Shown: in pieces, positions 11,233 through 23,609 of the stretch
Layout: each line of letters begins with the position of its first letter
Numbering within the stretch: the stretch's first letter is position 1
Source of the DNA: Laetmonice hystrix
Lineage: Eukaryota
Length of the DNA: 64,000 nucleotides
Direction of reading: 5' to 3'
Assembly (NCBI GenBank): GCA_965235115.1
Contig: OZ249438.1
Span: 18,724,001 to 18,788,000, forward strand
The notes under the pieces: model-generated
Told to the model about the DNA's origin: nothing
The model's database searches: none
Seen by the model: the letters and a program-made list of their open reading frames with translations, nothing else
Translations under genes and position numbers: made by a program

Positions 11233-13651
11233 CTAGGAGCCCTCGGTGGAGCAGTAGGCCGTGGCGCCCTTCATGCCATCAGGAGTTCCCGAGGAACTGT
11301 GGGAGACGAGCGCAGTATTCTCACTCGATGGTTTCTTGCTGGACGCTGTTTTATTGTCGCTCGGTTTGCTCGGATGATGTTGGGTGTGATGTTCGTGAGT
11401 GGTTGCAGTATGAGCAATACATTCGGTGATGGTTGTGATGATCGTAGAGAGCCATGCCAGGCCGAGCCATACCCAAGTCACTATCACTAACCGGTTCCAG
11501 TCTATCCTCCCTGCATGGTCCTCACCTGAAATTAATACAAAATGGAGTTTTCACTGAGCTATACTATAGTTTTATGTAGCGCCATCAGAATATGTGATAA
11601 TCTGACGGTGAAGGTTCGACAGCTGGCTGTACATGATAATCACAGCAACTATATGGGAATCGGTTTATAAACAAACTGTATATCATTCGTTATCTCTACT
11701 CCAAAGTTAACCACTTTTAGTCGGGAGTAGGTCATTAATTGAGTTATCTCTACTCCAAGGTTAACCACTTCTAGTCGGGAGTAGGTCATTAATTGAGTTA
11801 TCTCTACTCCAAGGTTAACCACTTCTAGTCGGGAGTAGGTCATTAATTGAGTGTCCGACCTGGCGCCAGATCGCCGAAGCCAATGGTTGCGAGCGTGATG
11901 AAGGCGAAGTAGACGGTGTCTGTGTAGGTCCAGCCCTCCACCCAGCTGAGATAGAAGGAGGGTAACATGATGAAGACCACCCAGCCGACCAGAAACGTCA
12001 GAATGGCGCGTACCGCGATGATAATACGGGGAAACCGACTGCGGGACTGAATGAGGTTGTCAAAACGTTTGGTGAAGGCGTTCATCTTACTGCCTAGGCC
12101 GGCCAGGAAGGCGAAGTTCAGCGGGATCCCAAACAGGGCGTAGATCACGCAGAAGGCCCGCCCAAAGTCAGTCACCGGGGCGATCGTGCCATAGCCTAGG
12201 AAATCGGAAACGAACAAAGCGGCGAGGTTTTCAGTAATGGTGACCATTTTCTACCCAAGCTTTTTTTTTATATAGATTTCTACTGTTCTCGGTACATGGA
12301 TAGGGTTACACTCACCAATGGTGGTAATGACGGTACCGACGAAGAAAAGAGCCTTAGCGAATGTCCAGGTGGGACTGGAGGAGTTTGTGATGAGTTGGCC
12401 TTTGTTATAGGCATCGCCGATTTCACCGATAAGTTGTTCCACATCTTCTGAGGCAATGTGGGAATACCGCGCTGCCAAAAATGAAATAAAGGAATCATAA
12501 ATGGAATCTAATTTTACTCAAACATAATTTAAAAAACCCGTGCCACATTGAGTGAATTTACCTGTAGAGTTAGTTTCATTCACTAACGCATTACATAGAG
12601 CGCCAAAGGGTGAGAACATCAAGCCCATATACTATCATCAAGCCAAACCAGAGGAATTCCGGGAACGTGTCAGTTTGTACCTGAGCCACTGCTGCATGCA
12701 CATTGTGTCTCTGATATAGCTCAGGTAAAATATGGCTAATAGCTATCTATATGCAATGTACAACACAGCATGATATTCTCTCCACCATGTGGCCTGCTAT
12801 AGAATAGCCTACAGAGCCTTTATACAGAAAGCCAACTCGTGGAAGTATCTTTAGGTATATCCTTATTACCTGTATTGTGCTATAATTTACATAATATTAT
12901 GACGTGTAAAGAAGGAGAGTCTATATTTCCGACAGTTAAGACATAAGTTAACACGTCCCATGAATACTCCCATACAAGATTGACGATTGAAGGAGAATAT
13001 CCAAAACAGTGAATGGCAAGGAAAACCAAGACCTGACGGTTTCCAGTTTCAAGAGCTATCCAATCTCGTGGCTTCCATGATTCTAACATTTACCATAGAA
13101 AGACCATTGATCACATGGAGATAACAGAAAATCATATTTCATGCCGACGGTTTAGTTCTGAGACGTTTACGATATCTCACGGAGACGACACTCTAAGTGA
13201 TAAGACCACCCTTCTTGACACAAATATATCTTCACTGGACGAACCCTAGCATTATTTATAGATCAGCAGTAGCTTTCGGCAGGATCCACATTTATATGGC
13301 CTATATCATAGGGATATAAATACACACATATATTATTACAGTGTACTTTTTGTATTCCTATGCTATATGCATATATGCCTATACCAGGTCTATGCCTGCT
13401 ATATATATATATAGGCCTATATATAAGTATAATTATATAAGTTGAATAATAATTAGCGCCCTGCCTTCTAAGTCTCTCATAGATCTATGGGATATTAAAA
13501 AGAACTTACCCTTCAATTCTTCGGTTCTGTTCAGTGCAATCGCTTTCCTCTCCATATCTCTTGGCCCCTCAATCGCCACGAAAGCCAGTGCCCCAAGAAT
13601 AGTGTAAACGGCAACGGAGATGATCAAGATAAGAAGTATCTTCCACTTCAT
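11233..13651 (-). CDS. Two-pore-domain potassium channel, TASK-2/TALK-like, paralog B; exons complement(13510-13651, 12316-12471, 11860-12195, 11233-11525), 308 aa
   Basis: Four exons, GT-AG, all introns phase 1, 927 nt in frame. M1 AVYTILGALAFVAIE, P1 FVGTVITTIG|YG, GIPLN, P2 ITLATIGFGD, M4 TWVWLGLAWLS. Confidence 0.94.
11689..11850. repeat. 54-bp unit x 3 at the 5' end of intron 3 of K2P paralog B
   Basis: Unit GTTATCTCTACTCCAAGGTTAACCACTTCTAGTCGGGAGTAGGTCATTAATTGA; 162 bp = 3 units; begins 9 nt into the intron after the exon-3 donor. Confidence 0.93.
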
Positions 13652-15847
13652 GATTCAAATGTTGAGACTGGAGGTGAACGTGGACGCCGAATGTAACCTC
13701 GCAGGTGATAGGTCTCCTGTGGGGAACTATACGCGACCGGAGGCCACAGCCGGTTCTCCGCGGGCACACAGGTGTGTGAGCACGCCGCGCATCAAGAATT
13801 TCGTGGCTCGGGGTCGTTTCGGCCTGACTCGGGTTTCACAGATCCAAAGATCATACGTACACCTGGGAAGGTCAGCAGTGAAGGGTCAGCTTCAAGTCAT
13901 CTGTCTTCCAATGTCTGTCTTCCTGCACGGACGCTAACGCCGAAGTAAGCATAGTAATGATCGACAGACGGCATGGGCCCTCTCCCAAGTAGGCTGCCCT
14001 GTTTAACTGGTTGTTCCTAAAGAAATACTGACACTGAATACTAGCGTTCATATAATCCCTGTTGACTGTGGATGAGTTCACACGATATACGGACAATATT
14101 TCCAAGCCTGGGTGCACATTCATACAGCGGCAGGTCACCGATGTTATTACACAACCAACTCGCTACACGTTACACAACTGTCTGCAGTAAACTGCAGTAC
14201 ATGTATAATCCAGCTGGTGTCGTACATAATAAGTTTCCTCTTGAGGCCATAATATATCAGAGTGGCCTCCTGTTATTGCACAGAAGGTCATTTTATCACA
14301 CCGATGACGTCTGTGACAGCAGGTTACTCTTTGATTGTATCATGTATCTGATATGTTTGCAGACATAATTATGAAAGGCTATAGAGCGTAAGATGTGAAA
14401 CCTAATTGTTCTGGTCTTAAGCCAATATCACAGACCTACTTCCTCACACGCGAAATCTCTGTCCAAGATAACGTCGTTTCCTCTGGCTTTTGGCACCGTT
14501 TCCACATAAGGCTAGGTGAAAGTGCTGCTGAACCACACCGAATGCCGGCCAGCATTGCGCCGTTTAACATGGAAATAGGGGGCAGAGAAATCCGATACGG
14601 GTCCATTCCACTCACGTCGTCTAGAACCTAATCCCGCATCACTCTTGTCAACGGAAGGTTCTACAGCTTGTCCAGAGATGTGCACTCTCAATGCTCATCG
14701 AAACGTAGACCTGCAAATGTAATCTCAATCTATGTATGATCGGATGAGCTCTCTCGGCTGGTTTAGACATAATCGGTATAAGGGTATGGCAGGATCTACA
14801 GGCCCTGTACAGTGCAATCTTGGCCGTGTCCACGTGACTGAGGAGTAGGCCCGCATTTAGCACATACGGCTGCCATGGAAATATTTAAAAGCATGGGTGT
14901 ACACACACTTGTATGCCAAGGTTAATCACACGCACTCGTACCAGTGTCAATACCCCTGGTACCTCCTGCTCCCCATGGTCTATTTCATGGGCAAACCAAA
15001 TACATCGCAAGCATCAGCAACGTTTAGTCGTACTCGTATACATGTGTGTCGTATTAGAGCCCGCCAACACTGCCAGATGACGACCTTTTAGGCGTGTAAA
15101 TATCCTGCTTCACCTAAGATTCATTTGCATTAGGTCTGTATGTTTGATTCCATTTATCAGTTTCCATGAGATCCGCTAATGCTGAGCAAATTTATTATTT
15201 AAACCAGGTTCTATTGCCATAGGTAGGAAACAATAAATGTATATTGGACGGGGGAGCTGGCAGATAATAATTGTATCGACATACTGACAATACCCAACCA
15301 AAGTGCTGATGTATAGGTCTGTCCATTTATTGGTCTTACCCTGTGATATGTACATGTTACTTTTCATAAATCATGCATGGTACTTTGAGATCAGTAAAAC
15401 TATATTATCGTCATGCATACAAAGTGCACATGTATGTGTGTTTGTGTGTACATCACCTTCGCTGGTCGCTCTATATTCACTCCAATAATGTTTTCCCACC
15501 ATGTTGTCACCATTAGGGCTAATAGAGATGCGATTACTATAAATCTGCTGCTTTATCAACAACCACTTTTATAAGTCACTGCTACATGAACACTTGTCAC
15601 CTTGTCAATGCAGTTAATTGACACATACACATAATGATAGTCCCTTTAGCCGCCATGTCAGGAAGGCTTGCACGTAATAATAGTATAGATCTACTGTATT
15701 CACAAAAGTGCTACCCGTTTTTATCCTATTCGCTGCAGGTCATTTATTTCATCGAAGAACCTTCATTGTATTATATATTCTCCTGTCAGTAAGAATCAAA
15801 GCTATAACAATATATACAGTGGTCCAGAAGTACAAACTGCTGTAGGT

Positions 15848-16030
15848 CACAGGCAATTCCTTCGCTTCACAGTGAAATTCCTTGTTTTCTCGGACAATTC
15901 CTTTACTTCACAGTGAAATTTATGGCTTTCACAGACAAATTCCTTGCCTACTCACAGTTAATTTCCTTGGCTTCACAGACAGTTCCTGAAATCTTGCGCT
16001 CTTCACTCAAATCCTTGTCGACACAGTCGT
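15848..16030. repeat. Degenerate ~21-bp tandem repeat (CACAG(T/A)(G/C)AAATTCCTTG-like)
   Basis: About 8-9 imperfect TCACAG..AATTCCTT units. Confidence 0.6.
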
Positions 16031-17129
16031 CTTGTCGTTGACACAGTACCATAGCGCCAGCTGTCGGAACGCGTGCATGCGTAACTTTGGTACATGGTAC
16101 ATGGAGATCATCTCATCCCGTCTGGGTGTCCGTCAGCAACTCTCGCCTTCTGACGATACAACCTGACATTGTAACTGGAAAACTACTGTGATTGCCAGAA
16201 TGAAATCTTGTATAAAGGCCTACGACGATGACGATGTTGGTGTTCTGTCATATATAAGGTTTATTTTAATCTGTCAAATATCTTTATGCAGTGGCGGATT
16301 AACCATTTTAATTGGGCGATCGGGGCGGCCGTCCATGCTTGATGGGGCCTATTGGCGGATTCACGGGGGGGGGGGGGGGGGGGCTACCCCAAACAAAAAG
16401 CCTGAGCGTGTGGACTCTGGTGCGTCTCAATAAAGCCCAAAAGACTCTGAGACCCTCGCTGAACCCAGAGTTTGCGACCACGTGGTGTTTCTATAACACT
16501 CTATTCTTTAACACTGGTGCCGCAAAGACATCATTCCGTATTGTAAGGCGCGTATAACGTTGTGACAGATCTTGATTTTTATTCAGATAGGCCCATGTAA
16601 AAAGCATAGATCGTTAGCCTATGCCTCGGGGTCAACCTTTACGTTTTATTCTAGATGGTTGGGCTTACGTCGCCCAGTTACTGTCCCAATCACTACCACT
16701 GACAAATAAGGTATGAAATTTGAAATCGACTTTATTGTCCATTTAGTTGATTACAAAGATATCGATATTCGCGTAGCCCATGCCTGGCCTCAGAATACAC
16801 GATTACACGGGGTCAATAGGCATTGAGTGCATGGATGACTGAACTGAAGCAAACTGCATACGTGTAGCGATATCGACGGTTTAGCAGCAGCTATTCATCA
16901 AGCATCCACCATTAATAAATTTGTCTGGAGCGCCAAATCACGCACAACTTGTGGATAGAAACGTGAATGATGTCTGTCGCAGAGCGATGCTCGCTTGTCA
17001 TGCGGCATGTCATAGGCTGCTTCGTGAACTCACCGCCAGGGTGGTCGCTTTATGCTCGGGACGCACCTCCTGCCTGTAGGCTTTCTGACGTCATCAAGAC
17101 GATGTCACTTATGAACATGTAGCTCCATT

Positions 17130-17335
17130 TATTTTGTTTAGAACAGAAGAGATACACCAACAAAACAATGGTTATGACACTCCTTGTGCGCAGCTTACAG
17201 CTTTTAGGCAGCTCTAGCGACGACATTATTCTTGTTTTGTTTAGAACAGAAGAGATACACCAACAAAACAATGGTTACGACACTCCTTGTGCGCAGCTTA
17301 CAGCTTTTGGGCAGCTCTAGCGACATTATTCTTGT
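17130..17335. repeat. Tandem duplication of ~100 bp
   Basis: TTGTTTTGTTTAGAACAGAAGAGATACACCAACAAAACAATGG...GCAGCTCTAGCGAC occurs twice in tandem. Confidence 0.85.
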
Positions 17336-17842
17336 TGCCGAGTGAAGATGTCGATGGTAATCGGTAAGCCTAGAAGTAGCCTACATGTAGTGCAGTAAAG
17401 ACAATACGACTTTAGTACCACCTTCATCATAAAATAACAATGTAGAGCCATTTCATAACAGGTGGCCGTCCACAATCAGACAGACACCGATGGTTTCAGC
17501 CTCCCCTTGCATGCGTGTGTCCCACTGTGAACACCTCTAACTGTAAACTTTTGCAAGATTCCTGAATTCACTCACGAACTTGCTAAGGCATAGCTCTGAT
17601 GGGAAAACGTGAAAATTGCACTAAATGATTGTGAATGTGGTACAAATATAGATGTGCTCCCTTCAACAACCAACTCTGCCAATCCTTGGACACGACTATT
17701 CTCCCCGGGACTTTAGACGGTGATTAATTATTGGCCGTACCAGATTAGGCGTAGTCCACCATATAGGTCCTGTTTGTTTGAAAGGTCTTTTTATCTGGTG
17801 AGAGGACAAGGTTTCCGTCGGTTATTTACACTGACAGGGTCT

Positions 17843-17848
17843 TTTATT
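17843..17848 (-). terminator. Candidate polyadenylation signal (AATAAA) of EAPP
   Basis: TTTATT on + about 50 nt beyond the EAPP stop; motif only. Confidence 0.35.
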
Positions 17849-17898
17849 TACCATATGCCAGCCATAGCAACGTCAAGTTAAACATCATGTTGGTTGAG

Positions 17899-18643
17899 TT
17901 AGGAATGACTGGCCAGGACGTTAAAAAAATGGAACACTTCCTCCTTGTCATACACGCCAACTTCTGTTTGACACTGGGTACATGTAACTGGATTAAAGAC
18001 GTCACCAGTGCTGCCCTCTGCCGTGTGTGACTGGTTACAGTCAGCAGCCTCACTTGCCTCCTTTTTCCCTTTCTTTCTTCTTTCAGCGACCTGTGGAAAA
18101 CGGAGCTGCTGCTCCATGTTAATCCGGCAGTTCATGACAAACATGGCGCGGTACTGGTTGTGGTACTTGTCGTGTCTGAAATAGAAAGGTCTCTGCTGTC
18201 ATAACAAACCTCATCAATATTTTGCCAATTGTGTCAGGGACGTATTTCAAGATTTAAAAGGAATACGTGTATAATATTTACTTACTTCATACAGTTTAAA
18301 GTATTTAAAATTTAAATTCAGTAAACGAAGGAAAACCAGAGGTTCTGTATAATATTTAAAGCAGCATTTCTTTCTTACAGTTGGCAACATATGACTTCAT
18401 ATCATTCAGTGTCTTTTAGCCATGTTTTCCTTAAATTATAATACGACTAGATTAAAACTTTGATTACCGATACATAAGATTGGATTAGTACATGAATGCA
18501 TGCTGTGGCCATTCTCCCCCCTTTTTTTAAAGACCGTATTTAAAGTATACTGGTAGGATTCAATGTATCAGCCTACCTCTGGCAGTCTAGACATAGCTGT
18601 ACCATACATGCCGGACAATTGAGTATAGCGTCACTGTTTGGCA

Positions 18644-18676
<33 letters not shown>

Positions 18677-20313
18677 CTCGGCCCCGTTTTCGTTTTAACT
18701 GGTCTGACTGGCCCGGCTGATGTGGCATTGGATGAGGCTGGTACAGCCTTCTTTGCTTGTCAATCCATCTCTGGTCATCAGCATCCGCATCCGGATCATA
18801 AAGTAGGTCATCATTACTAAGCACAGGGCGCTTCTTATCCTTCTTCTCTAAAAAACAAAGGTAAGGTGCAACATAATTTTTGGACGAGTTACTGATAAAA
18901 TCAGTTACTTATTAAATCTTCAATTATTATCGAGATCGGGATTCAGATTCACAAGAAAATAAAATATATTGGTTTACAAGGGGTTTTCTCAGAATTAATC
19001 TGGTCTTCTTGTGGTTTTCTGGTAGATCCCTTAATTTTTCATTTGCATTTTCATGCCAGAGTATGCAGTCCTTGCAACATCTCATTTCCTGAGACTTTCA
19101 AACCCTATCAGGAGATGTGAATCAGAGCTTTTTCTTTTTCTTTCATCTTAATAGAAGTTGCTCGAAGCCTACTTGATTCGTTTACAAACTATGCAGGTTT
19201 TGGAACTAGCGTTAATTTATTTTCTTTTTATTTGTATACCACACTCTCACCTTCTCTGGTACCTTCATCATCAGAATCTGAATCAAAGTATTCATTGTCA
19301 TAATACTGTGGCTCATTCTCTTTGCTTGACTGGCCCTGTGCTGTAGATTGTGAGGTTGCGATACCTGAAGATAAAAAAGGAACTTTCATTACTACAAATG
19401 TACTAATGTCTGCTAACAATTTAATATTGTATAGTTTTAACTGGAAAGCAGGCATTATATTGGTAGCCTTCCTACATAACTATGAATAGAGACCTTGGAC
19501 CAAGATATTTTGTTGGCTTTACTTTTGAGAGGTACTTTTGAGAGGGACACAAGCATTCCTTCTCAAATGTTCTTGTTTTCTCGAACTATACATACTCTGG
19601 GCAGCACTGGTTGACTTATACTTCTCCTCTAGGCTTTTCATTGTTGCATCAAGTTCTTCAGTCATCTCTTTTTCAAACTCATCTTCACTTGACCCTGCAT
19701 CTGCTGTTGTCGATCTGAACCTGGGAATAATTTCTTCTTGACCTTCTGTGATTGGCTGGGTGCCAAACTGCTTTCGTAGTTTACGTCTTTGTTCAGGTGT
19801 TCCATGTAGTATGATATCGATCTCATCATCCGAACTACAAAATGAAGGCAAAAGTCTGATAGTGGTGCAGGCTATATCTAAATATTACATTATTATTTCA
19901 AGTAAAAAGATTCTGTTGTTAGTCTTACTCTACTTGTTATATGTTAGCTAATACGGTAATAATATAAGTATACCTCTACGTTCTACGGCGGCTGGGGGGG
20001 GGGGGGGGCAGCACTGGGTATGTGAATCATTCACGCTCAGTTTACCCTAACCTTTCGTTTCTGCCAAACGGAACACGGCCCAGGTTTCAACCAGTCAGTT
20101 ACACAACAGCAACAGTGGGATTCTTGGGCTCGAGTGTAAACAGAGTAGCTTTCTACCTCTAATATCGCTCAGGGCCCATGCCTACACCACCCTGGATAAT
20201 CTAAGTCCTGACTGGACATGACCCCGGGATACATGACCCAACCTGTCAATCGCCTCTTCCTGATCGCTGTCAATCTCCAGTTGATATCCGTCATTATCAC
20301 TTTCGTAGTTCAT
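17899..20313 (-). CDS. EAPP: E2F-associated phosphoprotein; exons complement(20243-20313, 19596-19834, 19251-19364, 18577-18847, 17899-18175), 323 aa (alternative ATG at 20319)
   Basis: Five GT-AG exons, phases 2/1/1/2, 972 nt in frame. Motifs match recalled human EAPP: SSDDEIDIILHGTPEQRRKL, SSEDEFEKEM, YYDNEYFDSDSDDE, LLYDP, PNSDAILNCPACMVQLCLDCQRH, YRAMFVMNC, VTCTQCQTEVGVYDKEEVFHFFNVLASHS*. Confidence 0.96.
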
Positions 20314-20864
20314 CGTCATGATCCAAGTCAAGTACCAGGTATTCTTCGTACGCCTTTGCCCCGAACAGCTGTAACGCATGCATTGCCCCCTGGTGACAAA
20401 CGGCGGGATCAACCTGGCATTACCGACTGCAGCGCCACCCACCGGTACCCACCGGTAACATCATCAAACAAGGTGCCGCCCATTTCTGAGTCGACGCCAG
20501 GACCACGCGTAGATTTAATTGCTAGTCCAATCTAATTAAAATTAGATCTTGGTATCCGCATCTCAAATTAGATTGGCGTATAATAGTGGGACCCTTACAG
20601 ATATGCTCGGGCCTATAGGCCTATAAGTCCTAACGTTCTGCGTGTGTCAGTTTAGGAGCAAAGTTTCCCACACGGTCTGTAGATTATAGATCTAAAGGCG
20701 CCTTAATTAAAGCTCCCAGGGCGAATCTTTGAAGTATAGGCCTACAGGCTATAATGAACAAATGTAGGCCTAGGCCTATAGGCCTAAATCATGCATGTCA
20801 ACTGAACACACATAGATCTAGACCTAGGTGGATCTAAGTCGTGGAAGATGTGAAAGCTGTAAGA

Positions 20865-21274
20865 CCAGGGCTGTGGGGGGGGGGGGGGGGGGGGGGTGTG
20901 TGCGGTGGGTGTGCGGTTGCACCCCCCCCCCACATGGCTGAAGGGAGTTGCGCAAAATTAAAAACAAAACAAAACAACAAACTTAAAGGCCAGCTTGAGC
21001 TACCTCTGATTCAATTTCATGCTTTGAACCAATTTCCATGAGAATTTTGTCTCCGAAATATATAGTGTTTACGGCCTCCTCAAATAAAAAAAAAATCGGG
21101 GACAATCCCCAAACTTCCACCGGCGCTACATACATACTCAACCATGCAGCGCACCCAAAGGGATCCCGAGCAGACCCCCCCCCCCCCAAGTGACCCGCAT
21201 CTGGAGGGTCGGACCCAGTGGCTTATCCGGGGGTGGGGTGGCTTGCATGCACGGAACCCCCTCCCCTGCCCTGG
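20865..21274. mobile_element. MITE-like element with CCAGGGC/GCCCTGG ends and poly-G/poly-C tracts
   Basis: 7-bp terminal inverted match; internal G and C homopolymers like neighbouring elements. Confidence 0.5.
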
Positions 21275-22705
21275 CAATAACATAAATATTATTTAGCCCC
21301 ATCTGGGCCAAATAATATATTATATTATCACAGTGGGACTAAATATTATTTAGTCTTCAAACAATGTGTCTAAATACTACCCTTAAAGCTTATTGCACAA
21401 GCCCTGTGCATTTGTAGTTTACCATCCTCAGGGCAGGCTGCTCGGGGTACAATGCTAGCAGCCTGCCCTCAGGATGCTGACTTGGCAAAACACTTTTCAA
21501 TACCAACTATTCGGTCCCAGAATGCACTAGATACTGCCATTTGGAGACCATTTAAAAAAAAATTATCTTCTGGGAGGGGGGCACGCCCCCTCCAAGACCC
21601 TCCCCCGTTCGGTCGCTACGCTCCCTCGCATAGCCTATACTATAGTTCCACTGCAACAAAAACGCACCCCCCCCCCCCCACTTCATAGCCTGCTTACGGC
21701 CCTGCATGAAGACCATTAAGATGCTGTTGAAAGCAATATGAAGATAATGGATCCACTGATAGGTTTTTCCTTTGAGGCAGGATCAAACGATATCAATATC
21801 GATCTAATAGATGTGTGTATTACTAATACTAGGCTAGAATGCATGGTAAACCGCATGCTCAATTCTTGTCATAAATCTTTGCTCACAATGATGTCGTGTC
21901 GTTGTCCAGAATACTCATATAGGCCTATATCTATTCATAGGGGGCGGAACCGAGAGGGGGGGGACTTAGGGGGGTTGCAACCCTCGCAATGAAAAAAGTG
22001 GGTGGGTTTTAAGGCTTCAACCCCCAACCCCCACTTTAATAGGCTTCAACCCCCCTATACTGCTAGGCCTATCCTTTCTAATTTGTGTTGTTTGTTGAGT
22101 ACGTATAGTACCTGCCATTTGGTCGGAAGCTATTCGACCTTTCCTGTCTTGTTTTTTCATCCTACATACAGAAGATTCAACATCTATAGGCCTAGCTATA
22201 TACATAGGCGGCGGAACATCAAATTGTTTGGAGGGGTTGTGAATGTCATAGGCCTATAGGTCCCAACAGTATATAGGCCTACCAAGATTTGAAATGGGGG
22301 TCATGCAAGCGCCGAAGGAGGGAAGCCTCGAGCTCGAGCGGGTGGTCTGGGGCCCTCCCCCAGAAAAATTAAAGTGTTTTCCGCGTTTTCCTGGCATCTG
22401 GGAACAAAATCCAAGGTCTATTTTCAGTTAACTCTAAGGGCCGTCCTGATGATAGCTACCACCGATGCTGAATTGAGAGGGCGGTAAAAGCCGCGGGAAT
22501 ATTCAGAATATTGACGCCAGGCGTTGACTGGACAATATATGGTGATGGAGGTATGTTGTGAACCTCTAAGCCTACACCTTGGCCGCAATGAAGTGTTTTG
22601 GATGACCTTATATTGGAGACTAGCCCAGCCTGTGTCACTTTAATGTCAGCGTGTGTCAACGTATGTAGACCGCCCCATTTGTACATTGCCTTTGTCACCA
22701 TTCTC

Positions 22706-22932
22706 CAGGGCCGGTGCGACCGGGGGGGGGGGGGTAGAGGGGGTATTTAACCCCCCCCCCCAAAAGAATTTTGGTTGATGGTGCCCTTTTCTGGTTGATG
22801 GTGCCCTTTTTAAAAGGAAGTGTCACCAAAGACGGGCATCACTATACAATTGGGCATTGACCTCTAGGTTCCCTAATGGAATGTTACCCCCCCCCCCCCC
22901 TCCCCAACCGCAAACAGGTTGCGCCGGCCCTG
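22706..22932. mobile_element. MITE-like TIR element
   Basis: 15-bp TIRs CAGGGCCGGTGCGAC / GTTGCGCCGGCCCTG (2 mismatches); internal G and C runs. Confidence 0.7.
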
Positions 22933-23609
22933 TTCTCTTATATAAGCCTGGCGCTGAAAGGATCCTCCTGTGAAAGAGAAAGAAAAGGAAGGAAGCCCCC
23001 CCCCCCCAAGCGGCTCGCCGGGTGTGCCCAATGTCATCCAATAATCCCCCCACCACGAATCTCCACTGAGGCCAAATAAAAAAAGTTCCTTGTTAGCGTC
23101 CGCCTCGTCAAATTTTTCCAGGTCGAGGGGAGGTTTTTATTTTTATTTTTTATTCTATCAATGGAGTGGCGGCGCGGCGGAAGAAGACACCCATGGTGTT
23201 CATGGTCACACGGCAAGTTAGGAAGGTATAGAAGGCTATGAAAACTTCCAAGCTAGAATTTGAAGAAGAAAACATGAAAATTCTATTTAAGTCTTTGTTC
23301 AAGTGAAAGTTAAACTTGTGCAGCCGACATGACATCGATGTTAATGCGCAGGCTCATTGGTACGCCTTTAGTCTGATATAGAGGGCGCCCTCCTCGGGCA
23401 TTATACACTGTTTTTAGGCGTTACACTTTATTTTATTTTTTTTTTTTAATACAAAATTTAAAAAAAATCCAGGTCGAGGGCATTTCACAGGTCGGGCGGG
23501 GACGCCAAACAAGTAACATTTTTATTTGGCCTAATTTGGAATCGATGTGGTGGAAATGAACTGTGATCAGCTCATCCTCTGTAGTATATTGGTCACATGA
23601 TCGGGCATA

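Noticed and set aside
20314-20442. In-frame 43-codon N-terminal extension of EAPP in the ORF track
   Set aside because: Homology starts at MNYES (cf. human MNRL); the extension starts from a non-ATG codon and is more likely 5'UTR or promoter.
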